Below are positions 34,971 to 44,422 of a DNA stretch of 59,488 nucleotides, piece after piece. A program made the position numbers and the translations under genes. Position 1 is the stretch's first letter; each line of letters begins with the position of its first letter. Origin of the DNA: a virus (lineage: Duplodnaviria; Caudoviricetes); the IMG/VR virus record IMGVR_UViG_3300032296_001520, positions 1-59,488 of that record. One strand, written 5' to 3'. Below the pieces are notes generated by a model. The model saw nothing but the letters and a program-made list of their open reading frames with translations, had not been told where the DNA came from and searched no databases.

Positions 34971-35197
34971 TGAGCCGCGAAAGCGAAGACGATCTGAAGA
35001 TCTCGACTAACGCAGTCACGATCACAGTCGCGGTGGCGTCCTTGGTATTATCTATAGTTATGGCCGCCAGTGGATTTGCAAAAGACGATGACGCGCATGA
35101 GCGAGAGCAGGATGATCGTATATGCGCAATGGAGGCCCAGCTTCGCATAGGTGGGAAGTGCTTTTCAGGACAGCACGGCAACTCCAAAGGGGATTAA
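34967..35197 (+). CDS. Single-pass membrane protein
   Basis: One TM segment; ATGA coupling. Confidence 0.55.
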   Translation: MMSRESEDDLKISTNAVTITVAVASLVLSIVMAASGFAKDDDAHEREQDDRICAMEAQLRIGGKCFSGQHGNSKGD

Positions 35198-35214
35198 TTC
35201 AAAGGGGTAGATAA

Positions 35215-35622
35215 ATGGAAGATCAGCTTATTACGGCGCGCATCAAGGCCCTCATGGTGGCGGCTTATACAATGGCGTTTGTTATTGGCGTGATCACCCT
35301 CGCGATGGTTGCTGGGATGTTCAATGCAAATGTGGATAACGAGAAAGTCTTTAGCCTTCTCGGCTACGTCATGACATCTGTTGTGAGTGCTGTGGCTGGC
35401 TCCTATGCTACCTTGATGGGCATGAAGGGTGAGCTTCAGATCACTGAAGTTGACGATGACCCCGAACCCGCTCCTCGTCCAGCCGGCACTCCATCCGACA
35501 ACGACGATGATGACGACATGGAGCCTTGGGAAAAGTACCGCCACGATCTACGCTGGGACGCTAATGGCGATGGGCAAGTTACGGAAGAAGATTTTCCTGA
35601 CTGGCGAGGTGCTGGCAAATGA
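35215..35622 (+). CDS. Putative holin with C-terminal EF-hand-like loop
   Basis: Two TM helices directly upstream of the endolysin; DANGDGQVTEED. Confidence 0.6.
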   Translation: MEDQLITARIKALMVAAYTMAFVIGVITLAMVAGMFNANVDNEKVFSLLGYVMTSVVSAVAGSYATLMGMKGELQITEVDDDPEPAPRPAGTPSDNDDDDDMEPWEKYRHDLRWDANGDGQVTEEDFPDWRGAGK

Positions 35623-36239
35623 GCCTGATTGAACTGCAAAAGAAAATCGGAGTAACGGCAGATGGTGCGTTTGGGCCGGGAACACTCAAGGCGGCGGCGG
35701 CCTATTACAAACTATCGCCCAACCGGGCTGCGCATTTCTTTGCTCAAACAGCGCACGAAAGCGGCAACTTCAAGACGTTCAAAGAAAACCTGAACTACGG
35801 CTGGAAGGGGTTGCGGACGATCTTCGGTAAGTATTTCCCGACTGAAGGCATGGCTAAAAATTATGAGCGTCAGCCAGAGCGGATTGCTAACCGCGTCTAT
35901 GCCAACCGCATGGGCAACGGTGATGAGGCGTCTGGGGATGGCTGGAAGTTCCGTGGACGTGGATCGTTGCAACTCACCGGAAAATCTAACTACCAAGCCT
36001 TTGCCGACTATATCGGTCGCCCAGACGTGATGAAGAACCCTGATCTGGTTGCGACGGAACTCTGTTTTGAAAGCGCCTTATGGTTCTTTGACACGAACAG
36101 GTTGTGGTCGATCTGCGATAAGGGCGTGAACGACGCTGCGATCCATGAACTAAGCTCCCGGATTAATGGCAGCAAGAACCCGCACGGCCTCGATGACCGC
36201 CGCATGAAAACCAAGAGATTCGCGTCATGGCTCTCCTGA
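35619..36239 (+). CDS. Endolysin, glycoside hydrolase family 19, with short N-terminal PG-binding-like segment
   Basis: LQ..IGV.ADG.FGPGT; AHFFAQ.AHESG; ENLNY; IANRVY.NRMGNG; DGWKFRGRG.LQLTGK.NY. Confidence 0.92.
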   Translation: MSLIELQKKIGVTADGAFGPGTLKAAAAYYKLSPNRAAHFFAQTAHESGNFKTFKENLNYGWKGLRTIFGKYFPTEGMAKNYERQPERIANRVYANRMGNGDEASGDGWKFRGRGSLQLTGKSNYQAFADYIGRPDVMKNPDLVATELCFESALWFFDTNRLWSICDKGVNDAAIHELSSRINGSKNPHGLDDRRMKTKRFASWLS

Positions 36240-36254
36240 AAGGATGCTTCGAAA

Positions 36255-36614
36255 ATGCTACCGTTTAATCCGATCATGGGCTATGTGGCGGTGGGCGCGC
36301 TTGTTGTTGGCGCTGCCGCTGGCTGGACAATTAAAGATTGGCAATGCGATTCCGCCTATTCCAAGGCTCTGGAAAAAGCTGAAAAGCAGCGCCAGCAAAT
36401 GCAAGGAAAGATAGATGAAGCTTCCTTTATTTACCAAGCCGCACGAGATCAAGCCGATGTGGTGGTCGCCGGAGAGCGAGAAACGATCCGCGAGATATAC
36501 AAGACTTTGCCTGCTGTCCCTACTGACTGCACTCCTGATCCTCGTATTGTCGGGCTGCTCGAAAGCGGTATCAATCGCGCCAATGCCGCTGCCTCCAGCG
36601 AATCTGGCAAGTAA
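36255..36614 (+). CDS. Inner-membrane spanin (Rz-like)
   Basis: N-terminal TM, coiled coil and C-terminal Cys; follows the endolysin. Confidence 0.75.
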   Translation: MLPFNPIMGYVAVGALVVGAAAGWTIKDWQCDSAYSKALEKAEKQRQQMQGKIDEASFIYQAARDQADVVVAGERETIREIYKTLPAVPTDCTPDPRIVGLLESGINRANAAASSESGK

Positions 36615-36762
36615 CTGCCCGCCCCTCCCTGCACCACCTGCCGTACTAACTGATCCTGATCGGGCTATTTGGGAGGTGGATATAATTGCCAAGTATGGCG
36701 ATTGCGCCCTTCGCCATAGGCTGACAGTTGAAGCTTGGAGGCAGGCGGTCAAGTCCAAGTGA
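36457..36762 (+). CDS. Outer-membrane spanin lipoprotein (Rz1-like)
   Basis: Lipobox LSGC; Pro-rich; overlaps the Rz-like gene in another frame; start uncertain. Confidence 0.75.
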   Translation: MWWSPESEKRSARYTRLCLLSLLTALLILVLSGCSKAVSIAPMPLPPANLASNCPPLPAPPAVLTDPDRAIWEVDIIAKYGDCALRHRLTVEAWRQAVKSK

Positions 36763-36812
36763 CATGTAAAGTATATCTATTCAAAACAAAAAAAATGCGA
36801 TAAGGTCGGCTC

Positions 36813-37466
36813 ATGCCAACTGCGATGACGTATAACAGCCTACTCGATGACCTCAGGGCCTACCTTGAGCGCGGGGCGACGTTGGCAACAGACCCCACTG
36901 TTTATGATATGCTTCCGACGCTTATTGGCATGGCCGAGCGCCGACTTGCTCGTGAGCTTAAAATTCAAGGGACGGTTAATGTCGTCACCATGTCACTCAC
37001 TGCTAACCAATCAGTCTATGAAAAGCCTGACCGTTGGCGTGAGACCGTCAGCATGTCTATTGGAACTGGGGTTGGGAACAATACGCGATCTGAGGTTTTC
37101 CCTCGCGCCTATGAATATATTAGAAGCTACTGGCCAAACCCAGACTTAACTGGAACGCCAAGATTTTATGCGGATTATGACTATTCACATTGGTTGATCG
37201 CCCCCACCCCGGCCAGCGAACTGCCAATGGAGATTTTGTATAACGAGCTTCCTCCAATGCTCGATGATGCGAATCAGACAAACTGGTTCACTGAGTACGC
37301 GCCGAACGCGCTGCTTTACGCAACTCTTCTTGAGACGGCTCCGTTCCTTAAAAACGACGAGCGCATTGCAACTTGGGAGGGGTTCTATAATCGTTGCGTC
37401 GCGGCCCTTAACGGTGAGGACATTCGGCAGATTTCTGATCGTGGCATAATTCGCAGGGAAGACTAA
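36813..37466 (+). CDS. Tail adaptor/tubular protein A-like
   Basis: MTY..L...L..YLER; I..AE.R..R.L; G.P.FYA; APTP; TNW.....P..LLYA.L.E..PFLKNDER. Confidence 0.75.
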   Translation: MPTAMTYNSLLDDLRAYLERGATLATDPTVYDMLPTLIGMAERRLARELKIQGTVNVVTMSLTANQSVYEKPDRWRETVSMSIGTGVGNNTRSEVFPRAYEYIRSYWPNPDLTGTPRFYADYDYSHWLIAPTPASELPMEILYNELPPMLDDANQTNWFTEYAPNALLYATLLETAPFLKNDERIATWEGFYNRCVAALNGEDIRQISDRGIIRRED

Positions 37467-37467
37467 T

Positions 37468-39579
37468 ATGGCGTTTACAGAAACCTTTGGTGGAACCACC
37501 ATCTATCCATCGTCCGTCAGCTACCGGGCAATCAGCCTGTCTGCGAACGTAACGCTTTCATGGCCTTTGGAAACCGCGACAAACCAGAACATTGTCGCAC
37601 AGATTATGGATGTCACGCCGAGCGGATCTGGCTTCACAATCAGAATGCCCCCCGCGAATGAGGCAGGCCCCGGAGAGACCGCCCTCTTCTTTAACGCTGG
37701 CTCGTTTAACTTCACGGTTGCGGATAATGCTGGCAACACGATTGTCTCCATTGCTCCCGGTCTTGCATATCAGGTGTATCTGCGCACGAATACGACGGTT
37801 GCCGGCCTGTGGCGCACGACGCAGTTTGGTGCAGGAACATCGTCGGCAACGGCTGGCTCTCTGGTGGGCGCTGGCATTAAAGCGATCAACACAACGCTTA
37901 ATCAGTCTATGGCTGTGAGTAGCCTTTCTGTTAACTACACCGCTGGTCCATCTGATCGGTCATCTGCAATTCTATGGACCGGCGGCGCTGGAACAATCAC
38001 TCTTCCGGCGGCATCGACCGTTGGCAATGACTGGTTTTTCCATGTCCGTAACGGCGGGACTGGAGCTATTTCATTGGCGACAACCGGCGGTGAGTTTATC
38101 AACGGCACGACTTCAGCCGCATTCAACCCCGGCGATAGCGCAATTATTGTTTGCGACGGATCAAAGTATTTTACGATTGGGTTCGGTCAAGCCCCTGAGT
38201 TCTTGTTTGATTATGTGTCGATTGACCTTACCGGGCAAGCGTCTCCCTATACTCTAGTTGGCGCAAACCTTAACCGAATCTCGTATCAGTTCAGCGGCGT
38301 ACTCACGACGAATATGGTGGTCATCGTCCCGGCGACAATCCAACAATACTGGGTAGGAAACTCTACAACGGGAGGGTCTTACACCCTGACGGTTAAGACT
38401 GCCGCCGGAACCGGCGTTGCGGTAGCTCGGGATTCTCGCTCCATTCTTTATTGTAATGGCACCGATGTCGTTATCGCTGACACGGGCGGCATTGGACTTC
38501 CGATCCTTGTCTCTCAGGGCGGCACGGGGGCTACGACGCCTTCCGGCGCACGTACCAATCTTGGCGCAACATCTGTTGGTAATGCGGTCTTCATAGCTGT
38601 TGATGATGTTGCGGCTCGCAATGCAATCACTGCGGCTAAGAGCGGCGCGAACAGTGATATTACCAGCCTAACCGGCCTGACAACTCCTTTAAGCGTCGCT
38701 CAGGGTGGCACGGGCGTTACCACGTCAACTGGTAGTGGTAGCGTTGTGCGAGCGACATCACCGACTCTCGTTACTCCGATCCTTGGCGCTGCAAGTGCGA
38801 CCAGTATTGCGATGTCGCTCGGCTCTGCTGCGGCCCCGTCTATCACGTTCACGGGTGATACGAATACGGGCATTTTTTCCCCCGCCGCTGACACCATTGC
38901 ATTTACCAAAGGTGGCGTGGAGGCTGCGCGCATCGACCCTAGTGGAAACTTCGGGATCGGGACGAGTTCGCCGGGCTACCGCCTCGACATCGCATCCGCT
39001 GACACAACTGCGGGCCTTGGATACGCCATGCGTATTCGTGGAAATTTGACCGCTGCTGCTGGGACGATTCAGTTTACTGACAGCACCTCTTCCGCGCAAT
39101 GGGGCTTTTTGGCTGTAACGTCCACAACTGTAACACTGGAATGTTCAAGCGCGGGGTCTATAATTTTTCGCACTAATGCCGTCGAGCGCGCTCGCATCGG
39201 TAGCACGGGGATTATGCATGTTAACACGACCGCAACTCCATCAGCTGGAACACCAAGGTTGGTTGTTAATGGCGGAATCTCCGGTGTGGGGACGGTCACA
39301 ATTAACAGCAGCACGGCCACGACGATTGCTGAGGGGTCAGGGCTGCTTTTGCTTATTCGCAATAACACCTATGGTGGAACGGCGGTGGTTCAATACGAAA
39401 ACACCGCAACGCCAATCATCATTGCCACTTCAGGCGGCACAACATTTCAAACGGGAACGCCATCTGGTGGCTCCCAAATCCAATTGACCAATCGGTCTGG
39501 AAACCTTGGTGTCGCCGCGCTGGCATCTGGTGACCGGAACAATAGCGTATTAAGTGTTACTATTCTGCAGACTTTCTAA
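37468..39579 (+). CDS. Tail fibre protein
   Basis: V.QGGTG repeats; G.AAAPSI.F.GD.NTG.F.P.AD; RID.SGN.GIGT.SP. Confidence 0.8.
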   Translation: MAFTETFGGTTIYPSSVSYRAISLSANVTLSWPLETATNQNIVAQIMDVTPSGSGFTIRMPPANEAGPGETALFFNAGSFNFTVADNAGNTIVSIAPGLAYQVYLRTNTTVAGLWRTTQFGAGTSSATAGSLVGAGIKAINTTLNQSMAVSSLSVNYTAGPSDRSSAILWTGGAGTITLPAASTVGNDWFFHVRNGGTGAISLATTGGEFINGTTSAAFNPGDSAIIVCDGSKYFTIGFGQAPEFLFDYVSIDLTGQASPYTLVGANLNRISYQFSGVLTTNMVVIVPATIQQYWVGNSTTGGSYTLTVKTAAGTGVAVARDSRSILYCNGTDVVIADTGGIGLPILVSQGGTGATTPSGARTNLGATSVGNAVFIAVDDVAARNAITAAKSGANSDITSLTGLTTPLSVAQGGTGVTTSTGSGSVVRATSPTLVTPILGAASATSIAMSLGSAAAPSITFTGDTNTGIFSPAADTIAFTKGGVEAARIDPSGNFGIGTSSPGYRLDIASADTTAGLGYAMRIRGNLTAAAGTIQFTDSTSSAQWGFLAVTSTTVTLECSSAGSIIFRTNAVERARIGSTGIMHVNTTATPSAGTPRLVVNGGISGVGTVTINSSTATTIAEGSGLLLLIRNNTYGGTAVVQYENTATPIIIATSGGTTFQTGTPSGGSQIQLTNRSGNLGVAALASGDRNNSVLSVTILQTF

Positions 39580-39591
39580 TAGGGGCAATAA

Positions 39592-39924
39592 ATGGCAATC
39601 ACGTACGCATGGGACATCGCCCAAATGGAAGTTTATCCAACGCAAGCCGGGCGGACGAATGTTGTCTTTAACATCCATTGGAAGTTAAGGGGTGTTAGCG
39701 GCATAGCGTCTGGGAGCGCCTATGGTATGCAAGAGATTGCCTTGAATTTGGGCCTGCCGCATATTCCATATACGTCCATTACAAAAGCTCAGGCCTTGGG
39801 CTGGATTCACGCCGCTATGGGTTCGGCTCAGGTCGCGGCCCACGAGGCGAATGTGGCAAAACAGATTGCCGATAAACTTAACCCGCCCGTCGTCACGCCA
39901 GCCCTTCCGTGGGCTGCTAGCTAA
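39592..39924 (+). CDS. Small tail-fibre-associated protein
   Basis: YPT......VV..IHW...YG.Q...PY..IT.....GW...PP......PW. Confidence 0.7.
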   Translation: MAITYAWDIAQMEVYPTQAGRTNVVFNIHWKLRGVSGIASGSAYGMQEIALNLGLPHIPYTSITKAQALGWIHAAMGSAQVAAHEANVAKQIADKLNPPVVTPALPWAAS

Positions 39925-39935
39925 GGCGAACGTGA

Positions 39936-41543
39936 ATGTTGCAGCCTGTCATCATAAAATCGAAACCCGGCATTAAGCGTGACGGAACGAAGCTCGAAGG
40001 TGATTATTACGTTGACGGGCAGTGGGTTCGTTTTCAGCGCGGACTGCCTCGTAAGATCGGCGGGTATCGTCAGGTAAGCAATTACATGAACGGAATCGTC
40101 CGGCAAATCCACACACAGGCTCTGAACAACTTTGTTTACACCCACGTTGGCAGCGAGAATGGCGTCCAGCAATTTACGATTGACACCACTGGCAATACGA
40201 GCGCTCCAATAGATCGCAGCCCAATTGGGTATGTCGCGAACGGAAACTTCAATTGGATGCTTGATGCCATGAATGATGGGGCTGGCGGCGGAAGCGTGGT
40301 AATCGCTCACGCCGCAGAGACACTTCTCGACATTTCTAACGGCACAGACTATCCGGCATATATTGGAAATATATATGGATCTGCTCCACTAACTGAGATC
40401 CCAACGACTGGGGTTTCTGGTGGCGTCGTCGTCCTCCATCCGTATCTGTTTATGTATTCCAGCAACGGATTTATTAAGTGGTCGGACGCGAATGATCCAA
40501 CGAACTTCACGACGGGCGATGCGGGTGATGCGTTCATTGCCTCCTCGAAGATCGTCAAGGGCCTCCCGCTTCGTGGCGGTGGTCAGAACCCGGCAGGGCT
40601 GTTCTGGGCGCTAGACAGCGTGATCCGCGCTTATTATACTGGCGGGGACGACGTATTTAAGTTTGACACGATCACATCGGCAAGCTCGGTTCTGGCGGCA
40701 AATGGGATCATCGAATTCGACGGTATTTATTATTGGGCCGGGATTGACCGCTTCCTGATGTATAACGGCGTCGTCCGTGAAGTTCCGAACGACCTGAACA
40801 TTAACTTCTTCTACGACAATTTGAACTTCGCCTATGCCAACAAAGTGTTTGCCTACAAGGTTCCGCGCTTTGGCGAGATCTGGTGGTGCTTCCCGAAGGG
40901 TGAAAGCACCGAGCCAAATCATGCGGTTATCTACAACGTCCGGGAAGGTACGTGGTATGACACAGCCCTTCCTAACTATGGTCGATCAGCGGGGGTTTAC
41001 GCTCAGGTTTTCCAGTCCCCATTTCTTGCCGGGGTTGAGCCTATTGTTCCCGGCGAGGGAGAGTTGCGCATCACTGAGGCAAGCGATAGCCGCATCACAG
41101 AAGTCGATAGTGATTTCCGCATTACGGACACGGGGTTTACGCGCTATAAGATTTGGCGTCATGAGACTGGCGTAGACCAGGTTGATGGGGCAACGATCAA
41201 TGCAATTCAAAGTTACTTTGAAACTGGCGACATAACGCTAATGACATCCGATCCGCCACGATCTCGCGCGATCCACGTCAGTATGATTGAGCCAGATTTC
41301 GTGCAGTCCGGTGACATGACGGTTCAAATCACAGGGCGTATCAATGCTCGTTCGCCGGAGGTGAGGGGCCCTATCATGACGTTCCCAGATCAGCCTACAA
41401 CGCCAGAGAAGGAGCAAGTGTTCTTTAAGGAGCAGCGGAGAGAGATGCGCTTTAGATTTGAGAGCAACACGATTGGCGGGGATTACCAGATGGGGCAGGT
41501 TATAGGCCACATTCAACCGGCTGATGGAAGGTATCAGAGTTAA
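39936..41543 (+). CDS. Tail nozzle/stabilisation protein (tubular protein B-like)
   Basis: PGI.RDGT...W.RF..G.P.KIGG; F.EIWW.FP....E.N..VIYN..E..WY. Confidence 0.8.
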   Translation: MLQPVIIKSKPGIKRDGTKLEGDYYVDGQWVRFQRGLPRKIGGYRQVSNYMNGIVRQIHTQALNNFVYTHVGSENGVQQFTIDTTGNTSAPIDRSPIGYVANGNFNWMLDAMNDGAGGGSVVIAHAAETLLDISNGTDYPAYIGNIYGSAPLTEIPTTGVSGGVVVLHPYLFMYSSNGFIKWSDANDPTNFTTGDAGDAFIASSKIVKGLPLRGGGQNPAGLFWALDSVIRAYYTGGDDVFKFDTITSASSVLAANGIIEFDGIYYWAGIDRFLMYNGVVREVPNDLNINFFYDNLNFAYANKVFAYKVPRFGEIWWCFPKGESTEPNHAVIYNVREGTWYDTALPNYGRSAGVYAQVFQSPFLAGVEPIVPGEGELRITEASDSRITEVDSDFRITDTGFTRYKIWRHETGVDQVDGATINAIQSYFETGDITLMTSDPPRSRAIHVSMIEPDFVQSGDMTVQITGRINARSPEVRGPIMTFPDQPTTPEKEQVFFKEQRREMRFRFESNTIGGDYQMGQVIGHIQPADGRYQS

Positions 41544-41796
41544 AATGATCGGCGTTGATCCTCGCGGCATTGATCGGTTCATCGACTGGGCTGATTATAT
41601 GTACACTGAGATTCAGGAGTTTGGCGTCGTTTCGCAGATGATGCCCGGTGCCAACTGGCAGGACTGGGCGGCTGGATTGTTGGCCATAAATAAGATAGCT
41701 GAAATCGGCGCTCCTAATCCATATCAGTTTGATGACTGGAAAATCTGGGCAATGCGGTTTATACAGATGCTGAATAGCAGTGATGGTGGCTCCTGA
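41524..41796 (+). CDS. Trp-rich hypothetical protein
   Basis: WQDWA...P.PY.F.DW..WA; start may be 41545. Confidence 0.65.
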   Translation: MEGIRVKMIGVDPRGIDRFIDWADYMYTEIQEFGVVSQMMPGANWQDWAAGLLAINKIAEIGAPNPYQFDDWKIWAMRFIQMLNSSDGGS

Positions 41797-43484
41797 TGGC
41801 AATAGATATTGAAGCACTTCGTAATCTGGGAATGTCCGATGAAGAGATCGCGCAGATTGCCAACTTTAGTCCGTCACAGCTTAACATGGGCATTTTAGCC
41901 CCTAATGTTGGCGGTTATGGCGGTGAATACAGGACATTTGACGCGCCTCTTTCCAACAAAGGCAATCCAACTTCTAAGATGGGCAATAACCAGATTTTTA
42001 TTGCTCCGCAGACACAGGTTCGCTTGGTAAATAGAGCGACTGGCGAAGTTGTAGTGCAAGGCGTGGGTTATGACGCGGCGCAACAGGCGATTGACGCGGC
42101 CAAGGCGCTAACGGCAAGCGGTGGCAATAAGGCAAATTGGCAAATTCAGACAGCCGCTCCGGGTGAGGGGGCGTTCTCCGTTGCCGCAAACGAAAAAAGA
42201 AACAAGAGTGTTCTTGGCAAGATTGCTGATATTGCCCTTCCCGTTGTTGGAGGCCTTTTAGGGGGGCCATTAGGTGCTGCCGCCGGGTCCACTGCGTCCA
42301 GCGCTGCACAGGGCCGTGGTTTAGGGGCAACACTTCTCCGCGCTGGCATCGCTGGCGGCACAGCCGCGCTAATGCCCGGTGGTCCGTCGCCATCCGGTGC
42401 GGCAACGCAAACAATCGGGCAGACTACTGGCCAAGCGGCAACGCAAGCGGCTAGCCAAGCGGCTACACAGGCGGCAACGCAAGCGGCGGACGATATTGTC
42501 GTAAATGCAATCATGTCGTCCCTTTTAAACCAAGCCGCTGGCGGGGCTGTTGGTGGCCTTGCGTCATCAATCGTTCCCTCATTTTTTGACAGCGCGCAAC
42601 TATCCAACACCGCTCCGACGCAAACGCAATCGGCTCCAGCTTCCGCCGCATCACCCGCAACGGCATTTCCAGACGAAATTATTGTGAAAGCCAAAGACGC
42701 CGCCCCGATAACTTTTGGCGATGTGTCCCCCTTGTTATTGCCGGGCGTTGGTGCTGCATTAGGCTCATCCATCGCGTCAACTGCAACTCCTGATTTGGCA
42801 CAGGTAACTCCTGAAGATAAGAGTTTGCTTGATCGCATCGCATCAAACATGGGAGCATCTGAGTATCTGACAGCTGCTTCGCTCTTGGGTGGCGCGGTCG
42901 CTGGTGGAGGGGGCGGGGGCGGCGCTCGCCGGCCTGACACGAGTGGTATAAACTTTACGAAAACCACGCTGAGGCCGACCGTCTCGGCTGTTGGGATTGG
43001 CGGAAATTATCCTTACACGCCGACAACCTATGGCCGTTCGGGCGGGGATCAGGAGGCTGAGTATTTGTTCTTCACGAAAGACCCGTTGACCGCAAAGGAG
43101 TCGAGCCAGACCGGAGAGCCTGCTTCAATGGTAAATCCTGCCAGCATTCCCGTTAAAAAAGAAGGCGGTGAAATCCACGAAGATATGGTAAAGCATCTCG
43201 TGGAGTATCAAAAAGGTAGCGGTCATCGCGGCCCCGGCAAGGTCACAGGGATTGGCAGCGGTCAGGAAGATCTTATCCCTGCTTGGCTCTCGGACGGTGA
43301 ATATGTCTGGAGCGCGCAGGATGTTGCCGATCTTGGGGATGGCTCGACTGATGAGGGCGTGCGGCGTCTTGACAAAATGCGCCAAATGGTGCGTCAACAG
43401 GCTGGACGTAAGGAAGTTAAAAAGATTGCAAAACCCCAAAAGGGGATAGATACAATACTCAAAGCCGTTGGAGGGCTGGTGTAA
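41796..43484 (+). CDS. Ejection/internal virion protein
   Basis: Gly/Ala-rich hydrophobic segments; C-terminal KEGG and G.G.G..D.IPA.LSDGEYV..A..VA.LG.GS...G...L motif. Confidence 0.7.
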   Translation: MAIDIEALRNLGMSDEEIAQIANFSPSQLNMGILAPNVGGYGGEYRTFDAPLSNKGNPTSKMGNNQIFIAPQTQVRLVNRATGEVVVQGVGYDAAQQAIDAAKALTASGGNKANWQIQTAAPGEGAFSVAANEKRNKSVLGKIADIALPVVGGLLGGPLGAAAGSTASSAAQGRGLGATLLRAGIAGGTAALMPGGPSPSGAATQTIGQTTGQAATQAASQAATQAATQAADDIVVNAIMSSLLNQAAGGAVGGLASSIVPSFFDSAQLSNTAPTQTQSAPASAASPATAFPDEIIVKAKDAAPITFGDVSPLLLPGVGAALGSSIASTATPDLAQVTPEDKSLLDRIASNMGASEYLTAASLLGGAVAGGGGGGGARRPDTSGINFTKTTLRPTVSAVGIGGNYPYTPTTYGRSGGDQEAEYLFFTKDPLTAKESSQTGEPASMVNPASIPVKKEGGEIHEDMVKHLVEYQKGSGHRGPGKVTGIGSGQEDLIPAWLSDGEYVWSAQDVADLGDGSTDEGVRRLDKMRQMVRQQAGRKEVKKIAKPQKGIDTILKAVGGLV

Positions 43485-44422
43485 TGGCCGTAACAGAAAC
43501 CGTCACAGAGACTAGGCTGCCTCAATGGCTTGTCGATGCTTATACTCAAAGCATTCAAAGGGCGGGCACTGCCACGAGCGCGGACTATCAGCCCTATACT
43601 GCTGGGCCGCGTATTGCCGCTTTTTCTCCGCAGGAGACTCAGGCCTATCGGATGACATCCGAAAACGTCGGGGCGTACAAGCCGTACACAAATGCTGCGG
43701 GCAACTACATTTCAGGGGCGACGAGATCTTTCACAAGCCCCGGCATCGCTTCGCAGTACATGAACCCATACACCCAAAGCGTTGTTGCGGGCATTGGCGA
43801 TGCGGCTGGCCGGAACCTGTACGAGAATCTTTTACCACAGGTGAACCGCACGTTCATTGGCGGCGGCACGTTTGGCGGCAGCCGGAGCGCTGAGTTTACC
43901 GCCCGCGCAGTTCGTGATGCGAATGCTGCGGCTCTGTCGGCTCAGAATGAGGCTCTTCAAAAGGGCTATGAGAGCGGGATGGGTCAGTTTAACACTGAGG
44001 CTAATCGTTATCTCACGGCAGCAGAGCGGGCGGCAGGGCTTGGCCGAGACATTCAGGAGATGGCTGGTACAGATACGGCGGCGCTTGAGGTGGCTGGCGC
44101 TGCGCAGCGCGGCTTAGATCAGAGGTCGCTGGATCTCATGCGCGAGGATTGGGAGGGTCAGCGCGATTACGATTATTTGCAGGCCAAGCGCTTCGGAGAT
44201 ATTGTCGGTACGCCAAGCGCAAGTGGGGCTGGCACGCGATATGAAACCGCTCCGGGGCCAAACAGAACGGCGTCTACAATCGGCGCAATCGCCACTGGCA
44301 TTGGGGCTCTTGGAAGTCTATTCGGCAGGAAGAGGAAGGAAGGCGGCCCGATCACCGCTGATGGCAAGCGCAATATCAAGCATCCGATGCACGGGCTTGG
44401 TTGGTTAAAGGATGTTAAGTAA
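43484..44422 (+). CDS. Ejection/DNA transfer protein
   Basis: YMNPY...V, G.FGGSR; C-terminal hydrophobic GxxxG helix then RKEGG. Confidence 0.75.
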   Translation: MAVTETVTETRLPQWLVDAYTQSIQRAGTATSADYQPYTAGPRIAAFSPQETQAYRMTSENVGAYKPYTNAAGNYISGATRSFTSPGIASQYMNPYTQSVVAGIGDAAGRNLYENLLPQVNRTFIGGGTFGGSRSAEFTARAVRDANAAALSAQNEALQKGYESGMGQFNTEANRYLTAAERAAGLGRDIQEMAGTDTAALEVAGAAQRGLDQRSLDLMREDWEGQRDYDYLQAKRFGDIVGTPSASGAGTRYETAPGPNRTASTIGAIATGIGALGSLFGRKRKEGGPITADGKRNIKHPMHGLGWLKDVK

